A DNA stretch of 64,000 nucleotides from NCBI GenBank assembly GCA_964016885.1, contig OZ024756.1, forward strand, positions 29,202,001 to 29,266,000, read 5' to 3'. Origin of the DNA: Eledone cirrhosa. Taxonomy: Eukaryota. Position numbers and translations under genes: made by a program. The notes below the pieces were generated by a model. It had not been told where the DNA came from and did not search any database. It saw nothing but the letters and a program-made list of their open reading frames with translations. This document shows positions 51,339-64,000 of the stretch, in pieces; positions within the stretch are counted from its first letter, which is position 1; each line of letters opens with the position of its first letter.

Positions 51339-51700
51339 CTTTTTGTCAAAGTTATGAAATCTGTGACTGTATGTGTGTGTGTGCACAATTTCTTATCCAA
51401 GTTATGAAATCTGTGTGTGTGTGTGAATTTTTGTTCAAGTTAAGAAATCTATAACTATGTGTATATATGTGTAATTTCTCATCTAACTTATGAAATCTGT
51501 GTATATATGTGTAATTTCTCATCTAACTTATGAAATCTGTGTATATATGTGTAATTTCTCAACTAAGTTATGAAATCTGTGTATATATGTGTAATTTCTC
51601 AACTAAGTTATGAAATCTGTGTATATATGTGTAATTTCTCAACTAAGTTATGAAATCTGTGTATATATGTGTAATTTCTCAACTAAGTTATGAAATCTGT
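50920..51700. repeat. Adjacent related minisatellites (~58-60-bp and 40-bp units sharing AAGTTATGAAATCTGTG)
   Basis: Tandem units are directly visible. Confidence 0.9.
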
Positions 51701-52612
51701 GACTGAGTGTGATTTTGTCATCCACGTTACAGTTTATGGAGTCAACTGTGGAATGAAATGATGTCTGGGTGCCTGCATGTGTGTGTGGGGTGAGGATGGA
51801 AGAGACCCAGTCTTGTACATCTGTAGAGTTCTGTCTGCTTTCTCCTGCTGCTTGTTTGGCTGACTGCCTGCTCCAAGACATGTCTAGTAGCAGTAGTAGT
51901 AGTGGTGATAATAGTGGTGGTGGTGGTGGTGATGGCAATAGTGATGATGAAGGTGTTGGTGGTGACGGTGGTGACAGCAATGGTGGTGGTGGTGGCGGTG
52001 GCAGTACAGTAGTGGTGGTGGTGATAATAGTGGTGGTAGTGGTAAGTGGTGGTGGATGGCAGTAGTGATGATGAAGGTGTTGGTGGTGACGGTGGTGACA
52101 GCAATGGTGGTGGTGGTGGTGGTGGCAGTACAGTAGTGGTGGTGGTGGTGATGGCAATAGTGATGATGAAGGTGTTGGTGGTGACGGTGGTGACAACAAT
52201 GGTGGTGGTGGTGGTGGTGGCAGTACAGTAGTGGTGGTGGTGGTGATAATGGTGGTGGTGGTGATGGCAATAGTGATGATGAAGGTGTTGGTGGTGACGG
52301 TGGTGACAACAATGGTGGTGGTGGTGGTGGTGGCAGTACAGTAGTGGTGGTGGTGGTGATAATAGTGGTGGTAGTGGTAAGTGGTGGTGGATGGCAGTAG
52401 TGATGATTAAGGTGTTGGTGGTGACGGTGGTGACAGCAATGGTGGTGGTGGTGGTGGCAATGGTAGCAGTAGAGATGATGGTAGTGATGATGGTGGTGGT
52501 GGTGGTGGTGGTGGTGGCAATGGTAGCAGTAGAGATGATGGCGGTGATGGTAGTGGTGACAATGGTGGTGATGTTGATAATTATGATGGCGGCAGTGATG
52601 GTGGCAGTGTTG

Positions 52613-52645
<33 letters not shown>

Positions 52646-53362
52646 ATAGTAGTAGTAGTAGTAGGAGGCAGCAGTAGTGATAATTATGGTAATAGTGGCA
52701 GTGATGATGATGGTGTTGGTTGTGGTAGCAGTGATGACGATGGTAGGACTGATAGCTAAGACTAGATTTGACAGGGTGTGGCTTGGAGTAGAACACGATC
52801 TTCAGAATCTTTGTATGTGTATGTATATATGTATGTGTGTTCTATGTGTGTATGCATGTATATATATATATATATGTGCTGTATGGGTATGTGTATGCAT
52901 GCATGCATGTATGTATGTATATGCTGTAAGGGTGCATGTATATATATATATATGTATGTGTGAGTTGTATGTATGTATGGATGTGTTGTGTGTTTGTATA
53001 TATATATATATATGTGTGTATGCATGTATGTATCTGTGTATGTATGTATGTGTGTATGTATGTATGTGTGTATGTATGTATGTGTATATATGTATGTATA
53101 TATGTATATATATATGTGTGTGTATGCATGTATGTATGTATGTATGTATGTATGTATGTATGTATATATGTGTGTATATATATGTGTGTGTATGTATGTA
53201 TGTATGTATGTATGTATGTGTGTGTGTGTGTGTGTATGTGTGTATGTATGTGTGTATGTATGTATGTATATATGTGTGTATATATATATATGTGTGTGTG
53301 TATGCATGTATGTATGTATGTATGTATCTGTATGTATGTATGTATGTATGTATATATGTGTA

Positions 53363-53393
<31 letters not shown>

Positions 53394-53562
53394 GTATATA
53401 TAGATATGTGTGTCAATAGATATAATGATAACAACTACTAAAATGATGAACAAAGAATCGTTTCAGCCACTGACTGATCTTAGAAGAAGGAATCAAACTA
53501 TTCTCATCTACTGATACACACACACAGACACACACACAGACAGACACATATATACATATGTG

Positions 53563-53611
<49 letters not shown>

Positions 53612-53676
53612 ATATACATATATATATATGTAGATGTGTGTATATACATATATGTATATGTGTGTATATATATATA

Positions 53677-53707
<31 letters not shown>

Positions 53708-53800
53708 GTATGTGTATATATATATATATATGTATATGTGTATATATATATGTATATGTGTGTATATATATATATGTATGTGTGTATATATATATATGTA

Positions 53801-53862
<62 letters not shown>

Positions 53863-53872
53863 TATGTATATG

Positions 53873-53930
<58 letters not shown>

Positions 53931-54096
53931 TATGTGTATATAAATATGTATAATAAAATAAATATGGTTATATAAATATAGTTTCCATTTGTTAATATAT
54001 TGTATATTTACTCCACTAAATTGTTGAGTGCTTTATATCAGTTATAAAATTTTTTTTAAGCTTGTTGAATCCAAACAAATTAAATATAACCTCTGC

Positions 54097-54127
<31 letters not shown>

Positions 54128-54656
54128 TAGAAATAAGATTTAGCTTCATAAATATACATATATAAAATAACTCACACACACACACATATATATAAGTACA
54201 TAATATATAAACAGAAGAATTGTGAAGAATTGTGTTGAGTTGCCATGGAAATGTTTCTAAAAGGAAATTTCCAGTTAAGTCCAAATGACATGGAAGCAAA
54301 AACAAATAAAAAAAAATATAAACTGATTTATTGAACACCTAATTGAACTGTCGGTGCCAAAGTCTTGGAGTGTTTCAAAGTTGGTTCTTTCTCAGTTATC
54401 ATTATATAGTAGAGCAACAGACTGAGTAATCATCATCATCATCATTTAACGTCTATCTTCCACGCTAGCATGGGTTAGACGGGAATTGTCCCACTTGAGG
54501 CAGGATTGGTCGGATGACCGTGTCTCGCTCGTATAGGACTACCTGGCAGGTTTTCTACGGCTTGATGCCCTTCCTAACACCAACCACATTTACAGTGTGG
54601 ACTGGGAGCTTTTTACCGTGTTACTTACACGACCACATTACAGCGTGGACTGTGAT

Positions 54657-54717
<61 letters not shown>

Positions 54718-54762
54718 TAAATAGATAGACAGACAAACAGATAACCTGAGTAATAGATAGAC

Positions 54763-54796
<34 letters not shown>

Positions 54797-54869
54797 GTAG
54801 ATAGAGATAAAGAGAGATCAGTGGCTCCGTTTCAGTACGTACTTGGTCTATAAGGACCCATCCAACCCT

Positions 54870-55365
54870 TGTTAGCAGGGGAAGCAGATCTTAAAATGAC
54901 TCCTCGGTCTAGCCTAGCATGTAATGTAACAACCTCTCCAGAGATGGGACCAAGATAAAATGCACCCAGACCACCCTGTAAAGTGTTAGTAGTGGTGCCA
55001 TGATAAAATGCACCCAGTGCACCCTGTAAAGTGTTAGTAATGGTGCCACGATAAAATGCACCCAGTACACTCTGTAAAGTGTTAGTAATGGTGTCATGAT
55101 AAAATGCAACTAGTACACCCAGTAAAGTGTTAGTAATGGTGTCATGATAAAATGCAACTAGTACACTCTGTAAAGTGTTAGTAATGGTGTCATGATAAAA
55201 TGCAACTAGTACACCCAGTAAAGTGTTAGTAATGGTACCATGAGAAACACATCCAGTACACATTGTAAAACAATACCATATATGGAACGTAACAAGCAAG
55301 ATAGGTTGGCCTTGGACTGCAACAACCCATCCAACCCATGCTAGCAGAGAAAGTGATATAAATTG
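54870..55365 (+). mobile_element. RTE-type 3' UTR remnant with 41-bp tandem array
   Basis: Repeated CATGATAAAATGCAACTAGTACAC..GTAAAGTGTTAGTAATGG, then CCAACCCATGCTAGCA. Confidence 0.6.
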
Positions 55366-55421
55366 ACAGTGAATTTGGTGATTCAAAATTTCAGTATAGC
55401 AAGGACTTCAAATTAACTTAA

Positions 55422-55639
55422 CCCTTTAGCATTTCCATTACTCTATATATACTATTATATTTTCATGGTAAAGGCTTTACCTCGCATAATTATCTCACAT
55501 AATATTGAATCTGAGATTTTGAAAGTATTTATTTTGAGAATAATACCTTAACATCATTATGAGTGGTCAGTTACAGCCAGTATGAACAGAAAGAGGTAGA
55601 GAATTCTGGCTGGTTTTGGCCGGTTTGAACATTAAAGGG
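55422..55639. mobile_element. piggyBac-like MITE, ~218 bp, TTAA target duplication
   Basis: TTAA|CCCTTTAGCATT ... ACATTAAAGGG|TTAA. Confidence 0.8.
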
Positions 55640-55776
55640 TTAAGATCGTTACAAAGCCACAGTTTATATATATATATAAGTTTCAGGAGAACCCATAAAA
55701 GGGTGATAGCAGCGATTCTTTGCTTAAACTTTAATCTGTACTTTTAATAAATATTTGCTCAATGGGTTTATATATA

Positions 55777-58700
55777 TCATCATCATCATCATCATCACCG
55801 TTTTACGTCCGTTCTTCCACGCTAGCATGGGTTAGACGGGTTGTCCTGTTGTGGGCAGTGTCTGGTCGGCTGACCATGCCTTGCTCATACAGGAACTGAT
55901 CTGGCTTGATTTCTACAGCTGGATGCCCTTCCTAACACCAACCTCATTTACAGTGAGTGCTGGGTGCTTTTTCGTGGCGCCTACACGTCCACTTTACAGT
56001 GTGGGCTGGGTGCTTTTTTGCCGTGGCACCTCCACGACCACCTTGCGGTGGGGGGGGGGGGGGGGGGGAATATTGTTTATATGCTTCAGCATGTACCCAT
56101 GGGAGGTCGGGTACCCTGTATTACTGCGTGACGCCAGAAGTCACGGTCGTGTGTCATTGACTTTGAGAGGTGTAGTTGGGTAAGGTCGGCTTTTATCACC
56201 TCATCCCAAGTCATCTTGGGTCTCCCCACTCCGCGGTTTCCATCAACTTCTAGTGCTCTGCACCTTTTTATGCAGCTGTCATCCTTCATACGCATCACAT
56301 GTCCATACCAGCGTAACCGCCTCTCCTGCACGCAGCATTTGATTCCTCTTATGCTCAGTCTCTCTCTCAATTCATTTATGCTTTGTCGTTCACGTATATT
56401 ACTGTTACACATCCATCGGAGCATGCAGGCTTCGTTTCTCTCTAATCTACGTAAGTCTTCCACCTTCAGCGCCCAGGTCTCACTACCATGCAACATCGCT
56501 GTTCGGATACACGCATCATACAGTCTGCCTTTCATTCTGAGGGAGAAGCCTTTTGCAGCTAGCAGTGGTAGTAGTTCCCTAAACTTCTTCCATCCCGTTC
56601 TTACCCTAGTTATTGTACTTTCTGAGCACCCACCTCCGTTGCTAATTCGGTCACCTAGGTAGCAGAAGCTGTCTACTGTTTCTACAGGGCCCTCCCAGAG
56701 ATTGGTGGTACTTGTTTCCTGTGGCTGTTTGCTTGCTGTTTCAGCACAGCTGCTGCATGTGAATCCTACATTCTTAATTAAGCTTCCTGAGATCCCGCTA
56801 CATCTCTTGTGTACCCATTGTTTGCATTTGGGGCAAAGAATGGAGTTCCTACCTACACCTTTCCTACATACTGAGCAAGGCCATTTCCCTGAGGGGATCT
56901 GGGTTCTGTTTTCTCGTCTACTTATAAGGACCTTAGTCTTTGTCATGTTGACTTTGAGGCCCTTTCTCTCTAGTCCCTGCTTCCAGGTTTGGAATTTATT
57001 CTCTAGTTCTACCATAGATTCAGCTATGAGTGCGAGGTCATCAGCATACAGGAGTTCCCATGGGCATCCGGTCTTAAACTCCTCCGTTATTGCCTGCAGG
57101 ACTATGATGAACAGGAGAGGGCTAAGAACAGAGCCCTGGTGGACCCCAACCTGTACGCTAAATTCCTCGCTATACTCATTGCCAATCCTAACTTTGCTGA
57201 CTGCTCCCCTATACATGGCTTGTACCGCTTTCACAAGCCATTCATCTACTCCTAGTTTTCTAAGAGCCCACCAGATTACTGCACGTGGAACTCTGTCAAA
57301 GGCTTTCTCAAGGTCGACAAATGCCAAGTAGAGTGGCTTACTTTTAGCTAGGTACTTTTCCTGTAATTGCCTCACAAGGAAGAGCGCATCAGTGGTGCCT
57401 TTCCCTGGTACAAACCCAAATTGCATCTCGTCTATATTCACCCGGTCCCTAATCAGCTGTGCTATAACTCTTTCTGTTACTTTCATGACCTGGTCCATCA
57501 ACTTTATACCTCTATAGTTTCCTCTATCTAGTGCATCGCCTTTACCTTTGTAGCAGTTGACAATGATGCTACTGCACCAATCTTTTGGTATGGCCCCCTC
57601 TAGTATTACCTGGTTAACGATACGTGTGGTTATAGTGTGACCTACAGACCCAGATGCCTTCAGCATCTCGGCAGCTATACCCGATGGACCGGTTGCCTTC
57701 CCTATCTTCATATCTCTGATTGCCTTACTTACTACGCTGCCGCTGACTTGTACTGCTGGTCCCTCTATAGGGTCTACGTGGGGTAGGGTCTCTTCTTCCC
57801 ATGCATTCTCCTCATTTAGTAATCTATCATAATGACTCTTCCATGCATCTTTCTTCTCAGCACTTGTGAGGGCAAGCTCACCTTTATCATTCCGGATACA
57901 CTTCTCTCCAATGACATCACAACTATCTCTGACACACTGCCTCGCAATCTTGAATACCTCCTGTTTCTGGTCCTCACGTTGTAAAACATGCTTGAATTTT
58001 CTATCCTCTGCTTCCCTCCTAGCTAAGTATACTTGTCGCCTAGCTTCCCTCTTGGTCTCTATGTAATGTACCCTGCTCCCCCCGTTCTTCCATTCTTTCC
58101 ATGCCTGTCTCTTGGCCTTGACTGCTTCATCTACCTTATTGTTCCACCACCAAGTCACTCTCCTCCTGCTTGAGGTCTTACTCCAGCCACAAACCTCATC
58201 CGTCGCCTCTAGTAAGTTATTTTTTAGGAACTCCCAGTTCTCTTCTACGTTAAATGTCTCTATCTGTTCTTCTTTACTGTCGTAGGCGTTGAGTAAAATA
58301 TCTTTAAATCTGTTACTGGTTGAGGGGACTTTCAGCTTCCAGATCTTTCTTCTCCAGGTTGGCCTCTGTTTCAGGGCTCGTCTAGTTCTGACCGTGAGGT
58401 CGCTGACAACTAAGCTATGTTGGGATGTACATTCCTCACTAGGGAAGGCTTTTGTGTTTACGACCGTCCATCTGTCACGTCCTCTGATGAGGATAAAATC
58501 TAACTGACTAGAGTGCTCCCCTGATCTATAGGTGATCAGGTGGTTGTCGGGTTTTTTAAAGTTTGTGTTACATATCGACATGTCATTGGCGTCGCAGAAT
58601 TCTAGAAGTCTGAATCCTTCCTCATTCCTTGTGCCAACTCCATGGCCTCCATGTACTCTATTGAAGCCGTCGCAGTGTTTACCTACGTGTCCGTTAAAAT

Positions 58701-59270
58701 CTCCTGCAATGATTAGGAAGTCCTTGTCGTCTGTTAGAGCAGTAGTGTGTATTAGGGACTCGTAAAACCTATCCTTAAGTTCGTCTGGCAGCCCCGATTG
58801 GGGTGCGTAAGCTGATATTATTGTGGTAATTGTCTTATTCAGGACTAGTCTGAGTTTAATGATTCTTGCATTTACCCTGTACACTGAGATTACTTTATCT
58901 ACCCACTTGTCAGCTAATAGTATACCTACACCACCCATCCCATCGTCATTTCCCACCCAGAAAAATTTGTAGCACTGGCTTTTTCCTACAAGGACTCTAG
59001 CAGACCCTCCTCTCCATCTAGTCTCTTGCACACAGCATACATCAACTTCCTTTCGCTCTAGCATTTCTACGATTTCTCCTGCTCTTCCTTTCATTGAGCC
59101 TACATTGATGGTACCAACTCGGAGTTTTGGGCATTTGTCGACACTCGTAGGGGAGGGTCTCTGGGTTGGCGCTTCACGTGGGTGCTTGGTAGCTCGCAGA
59201 TTCATATTTCATCTATTGATTCAGAGTTGCTCGTGTATTCCCAGCTCATCCATCCATAACGGTGGGAAAA
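55777..59270 (-). mobile_element. Apparently full-length RTE-clade LINE inserted in (TA)n
   Basis: Single ORF, short 5' UTR, ~310-bp 3' UTR ending in (GAT)n, TA repeats on both sides. Confidence 0.93.
56086..59205 (-). CDS. LINE ORF: APE endonuclease plus reverse transcriptase with internal PHD-like zinc finger, 1039 aa, uninterrupted
   Basis: Endonuclease motifs INVGS, VQETRW, AYAPQ, AGDFNGHVG, QLDFIL, SQH. RT motifs DLEKAFD, HQGSVLSP, YADD. Cys/His motif CSVC..CPKC..H..C..CSSC. Confidence 0.95.
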   Translation of the reverse strand: MNLRATKHPREAPTQRPSPTSVDKCPKLRVGTINVGSMKGRAGEIVEMLERKEVDVCCVQETRWRGGSARVLVGKSQCYKFFWVGNDDGMGGVGILLADKWVDKVISVYRVNARIIKLRLVLNKTITTIISAYAPQSGLPDELKDRFYESLIHTTALTDDKDFLIIAGDFNGHVGKHCDGFNRVHGGHGVGTRNEEGFRLLEFCDANDMSICNTNFKKPDNHLITYRSGEHSSQLDFILIRGRDRWTVVNTKAFPSEECTSQHSLVVSDLTVRTRRALKQRPTWRRKIWKLKVPSTSNRFKDILLNAYDSKEEQIETFNVEENWEFLKNNLLEATDEVCGWSKTSSRRRVTWWWNNKVDEAVKAKRQAWKEWKNGGSRVHYIETKREARRQVYLARREAEDRKFKHVLQREDQKQEVFKIARQCVRDSCDVIGEKCIRNDKGELALTSAEKKDAWKSHYDRLLNEENAWEEETLPHVDPIEGPAVQVSGSVVSKAIRDMKIGKATGPSGIAAEMLKASGSVGHTITTRIVNQVILEGAIPKDWCSSIIVNCYKGKGDALDRGNYRGIKLMDQVMKVTERVIAQLIRDRVNIDEMQFGFVPGKGTTDALFLVRQLQEKYLAKSKPLYLAFVDLEKAFDRVPRAVIWWALRKLGVDEWLVKAVQAMYRGAVSKVRIGNEYSEEFSVQVGVHQGSVLSPLLFIIVLQAITEEFKTGCPWELLYADDLALIAESMVELENKFQTWKQGLERKGLKVNMTKTKVLISRRENRTQIPSGKWPCSVCRKGVGRNSILCPKCKQWVHKRCSGISGSLIKNVGFTCSSCAETASKQPQETSTTNLWEGPVETVDSFCYLGDRISNGGGCSESTITRVRTGWKKFRELLPLLAAKGFSLRMKGRLYDACIRTAMLHGSETWALKVEDLRRLERNEACMLRWMCNSNIRERQSINELRERLSIRGIKCCVQERRLRWYGHVMRMKDDSCIKRCRALEVDGNRGVGRPKMTWDEVIKADLTQLHLSKSMTHDRDFWRHAVIQGTRPPMGTC

Positions 59271-59567
59271 TTATATATATATATATATACGTATATATAA
59301 CGAGAATAACAGCAAAAACAATAACATGATGCAACTAAGAAAGTCAATATGAGAAAGAGAAAGAGCAAGAAAGATAGAAAGAGAGAGCGAGAGAGAGAGG
59401 AGTATTTAAGCTGGGCTTCTTACCTATTACCAGATGTTGTCATAAAACATAATATATACATATATAATAAATAATCAATATCTACATCTCTCTCAACCTC
59501 TCCAATGTAAATTTACTATATATTTTGAGTATTACAATATGTGTGTGTGTATATATATATATATATA

Positions 59568-59601
<34 letters not shown>

Positions 59602-59764
59602 GATATTTAAATTTTGAGTATATGTTGGTTGTTTACCGACACCTCAGTATGCAGATCGGAGCACTCGGCGAAGTGCACAGGTTGGTTTGTTTACTCTGGA
59701 GTAATGTAAAATAATTAAGTCAAATATGTAAAATTTGGCTTCGTTTATTATAAATTATAGATAT

Positions 59765-59827
59765 ACTGCTATATATATATATATATTTCGGTGACAGCCA
59801 TCATTGGCTGTGACCTCTTCAGTCAGT
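59765..59827 (-). ncRNA. Family A hammerhead with stem III expanded to (UA)8
   Basis: ACUGA-CUGAAGA-GGUCACAGCCA-auga-UGGCUGUCACC-GAAA-(UA)8-GCAGU. Confidence 0.65.
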
Positions 59828-60039
59828 CCGAATTGGTGTGGGAAAGACAGGTACACATGTTGTTGAAGTGTGTTTTACTCCATCAATACATCGATATGTC
59901 CAGCTCTTGGTTGTGTTGTTATTCTTCTGAGGAACTGGAATCATATGATTCAAGCGTTAAATTAATATATTTCTTCATTGTACTATGTTACCTACTTTGT
60001 TATTTTTATTTACTTTTCACATACATATATATAGAGTAT

Positions 60040-60340
60040 TGGGTGACAACATTTCAAAGTTACTGGGTGGCAATATATCAAGGCAACTGACTGGCAACAT
60101 TTCAAAGTAAATGTGTGGCAACCAACATTTCAAAGCAACTGTGTGGCAACATTTCAAAGCAACTGTGTGACAGCCAACATTCCAAAGCAACATAATAGTA
60201 GCTTTCAAAGCCAGAGTGTGGCAACATTTCAAAGAAACTTAATAGTAGCTTTTCAAAGCAACTGTGTGACAACATTTCAAAGCAACTTAACAGCAGATTC
60301 TCAAATCAACTGTGTGGCAACCAGCATTTCAAAGCAACTG
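60040..60340. repeat. Degenerate ~28-bp tandem repeat (GTGGCAACATTTCAAAGCAACT)
   Basis: About 10 imperfect units. Confidence 0.8.
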
Positions 60341-60919
60341 AGCCTGGCATGGCCCCAATAGAGCAACTGAATGGCTGGGCACTCACACAACTTAGAAAGA
60401 AGGCTGGTACACAGTCACTTGCTGGTCTATGTGTACACATTAGTGTTTTCATTCACACACACACATATATATATATATACAGACACACACATATATACAC
60501 ACACACATTCAAATAGTGGTAATTGAGGCAATAGTAATGAAACAATACTAGTAATTATATATGAGGACTGTATGGATTGTAGAATGGTGGTGGTGTTGGT
60601 GATTGTTTTGGTGACGTGGTGATGGTGATGATGGTGGTAGTAGTAGAGATGGTGGAGGTGGTAAGGGTGTTGGTGGGAGTGGTAGTGGTGATAGTGGTGG
60701 CAGTAGGAGTGATAACAGTACTGGTGATGGTAGTGGTGGTGCTGGTGGTGATGGTGATGGTGGCAGCAGTAGGGATCATGGCAGTTCCCAACCAACAATT
60801 TCTTGGACATTTTCTAAACTTAAACTCCAACAAGCATATGTGTACATGTATGTTAATGTGTACATGTGGGTTAATGTGTACATGTGGGTGAATACATGTG
60901 TGTGTATATCAGCATAACC

Positions 60920-60975
<56 letters not shown>

Positions 60976-61033
60976 CATATGTATAATAGATATTTAGATA
61001 CATATGTGTATGTATATACATATATATATACAT

Positions 61034-61081
<48 letters not shown>

Positions 61082-61519
61082 GTACACATATACATATATA
61101 TATATATATACATAACGCATATACACATGAGTAGAGTGATATTAAGTGAAGTATTTTAAGGATATTTCATTACTGATTAGTCAGAATATAGGACAACCAT
61201 GTAACATACATACAGACATGTGTGTATAAAGATATATGGGTGGCTGTCTGTAATATAAATATATAATAAGAGCACTGTCTGTCTGTCTGTCTGTCATGCC
61301 CACTTTATATAGAGAGGGAGAGCATCAAGTGAGAGATATGTAAATAGATAGTGAAAGAGGTAGATGGATAGAAAGTTATGACGTCGCCCCCATCTATATA
61401 GAAAGAGGAGCAGCACCAAGCGAGAGATATGTACATAGATAGAGAGAGAAAAGGGATTATCATTTGTTTGGCGAGAGAAAGCGGGAGAAGACATTGACCT
61501 CATCTAGTATACACGTGGG

Positions 61520-61536
61520 TGTGTATATATATATAT

Positions 61537-61597
<61 letters not shown>

Positions 61598-61794
61598 CAT
61601 ACATATATATATATATATACATACATATATATATATATATATATACATACATATATATATATATATATATACATACATATATATATATATATATATACAT
61701 ACATATATATATATATATACATACATACATATATATATATATATACATACATATATATATATATATATATACATACATATATATATATATATAT

Positions 61795-61837
<43 letters not shown>

Positions 61838-61840
61838 TAT

Positions 61841-61872
<32 letters not shown>

Positions 61873-62446
61873 ACATACATATATATATATGTATATATAT
61901 ATACATACATATATATGTATATATATATACATACATATATATGTATATATATATACATACATATATATGTATATATATATACATACATATATATGTATAT
62001 ATATATACATACATATATATGTATATATATATACATACATATATATATATATATACATACATATATATGTATATATATATACATACATATATATGTATAT
62101 ATATATACATACATATATATGTATATATATATACATACATATATATGTATATATATATACATATATATGTATATATATATACATACATATATATGTATAT
62201 ATATATACATACATATATATGTATATATATATACATACATATATATGTATATATATATACATACATATATATGTATATATATATACATACATATATATGT
62301 ATATATATATACACATACATATATATGTATATATATATACATATATATGTATATATATATACATATACATACATATATATATATATACATATACATACAT
62401 ATATATATATATATATACATACATATATATATATATATATACATAC

Positions 62447-62483
<37 letters not shown>

Positions 62484-62516
62484 CATACATATATATATAT
62501 ATATACATATACATAC

Positions 62517-62547
<31 letters not shown>

Positions 62548-62670
62548 CATATACATACATATATATATATATATACATACATATATATATATATACATAT
62601 ACATACATATATATATATATACATACATACATATATATATATATACATATACATACATATATATATATAT

Positions 62671-62701
<31 letters not shown>

Positions 62702-62745
62702 CATATACATACATATATATATACATATACATACATATATGTATG
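61520..62745. repeat. Compound (TA)/(TACA) microsatellite
   Basis: 1.2 kb of almost only A/T/C dinucleotide repeats. Confidence 0.97.
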
Positions 62746-63289
62746 TATACAATCTTAAGGCCGTGGGTTCAATTACCGGCCAGTGGCACACTGTGCCTCT
62801 GAATAAGACATTTCATTTCACACTGTCCTAGCTAGTCCACACGGGAAGCAACAGTGAACTGTGCCACAACGGTGCCCCAGCTGAATCTCCCTGAGAACTC
62901 CATTATCGGTTACACCACGTGTTTGTTTTGTGGAACGATTATGCGCAGCCACCAACCACGTTCACTCACACTGTTCTCTACATCAAACAGAGGTCCAACA
63001 TCAACAACAACACCAACAACATGCTTGATCAGCGACCTAGGGTTAAACAACAACAACTCCCCACCCCCTCTCTCCATGTAAACCCCCACCCCCACCCCCA
63101 CCACCCCCACCACCCACCTTCCATGAGAAAACTAATCATATTATATGTCTGATCAGCAGAGAAAATCTGGGTGAAGCCAGCGGAAACCAGTGGAAACCAG
63201 TGGAAACCAGTGGAAACCAGTTCAGTTCTATAAAACACACTTCGATTAGTTTTGGTCACAGAATCAAATTGAAGCTAGTTTTAATCATC

Positions 63290-64000
63290 TCATTATTGTT
63301 GTTGTTGTTGTTGTCATTGTCGTTGTTGTCATTATTGTTGTTGTCACTGTTGTTGTCATTATGGTTGTTGTCACTGTTGTCGTTGTTGTCACTGTTGTTG
63401 GTGTCACTGTTGTTGGTGTTGTCACTGTTGTTGTTGTCACTGTTGTTGTTGTCACTGCTGCTGTTGTTGTTGTTGTCATTGTCATTGTTGTTGTCACTGT
63501 CTGTTGTTGTTGTTGTCGTCACTTGTTGTTGGTGTGACTGTTGTTGTTGGTGTTGTCACTGTTGTTGTCACTGCTATTGTCATTGTTGTTGATGTCACTG
63601 TTATCACTGTCTGTTGTTGTTGTCACTTGTTGTTGGTGTCACTGTTGTTGTTGGTGTTGTCACTGTTGTTGTCACTGCTGTTGTTGTTGTCATTGTCATT
63701 GATGTCACTGTTATCACTGTCTGTTGTTGTTGTCACTTGTTGTTGGTGTCACTGTTGTTGTTGGTGTTGTCACTGTTGTTGTCACTGTTGTTGTCACTGC
63801 TGTTGTTGTTGTCATTGTCATTGATTTCACTTATCACTGTCTGTTGTTGGTGTCACTGTTGTTGTTGGTGTTGTCACTGTTGTTGTCACTGCTGTTGTTG
63901 TTGTCATTGTCATTGATTTCACTGTTATCACTGTCTGTTGTTGTTGTCACTTGTTGTTGGTGTCACTGTTGTTGTTGGTGTCACTGCTGTTGTTGTCATT
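63290..64000. repeat. (GTT/GTC) based compound satellite
   Basis: TGTTGTTGTCAC units running to the window end. Confidence 0.92.

Noticed and set aside
50920-51700. CRISPR-like regularly spaced repeats
   Set aside because: The spacers are identical or microsatellite, there are no cas genes, and the context is eukaryotic.
61460-62831. 400+ aa YI-repeat ORFs
   Set aside because: Pure (TA)/(TACA) microsatellite.

Overview
This is eukaryotic, AT- and microsatellite-rich DNA with a repeat landscape typical of cephalopods (probably Octopus; inferred). It holds the 5' part of a minus-strand ClC-3/4/5-type chloride/proton exchanger gene: two confident exons (11803-12021 and 3266-3414), a likely first coding exon (27357-27492) and a weaker alternative first exon (46961-47018). 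It also holds a full-length RTE-clade LINE with an intact 1039-aa ORF (56086-59205, -), a 5'-truncated relative (22067-23966, +), tRNA-derived SINEs, TTAA-flanked piggyBac-like MITEs and many mini/microsatellites. Nearly all long ORFs in the supplied track are repeat artefacts. The main hidden signal is a dense set of about 14 minimal type-I hammerhead-ribozyme motifs (CUGANGA-stem II-GAAA-short palindromic stem III-UH). They fall into several sequence families and lie in short Penelope-pLTR/retrozyme-like islands wedged into (TA)n tracts. Some occur as fold-back inverted pairs, and several are sense to the ClC pre-mRNA introns. A perfect 1.38-kb palindrome lies at 30905-32288. All structures were folded by eye and none was computed.
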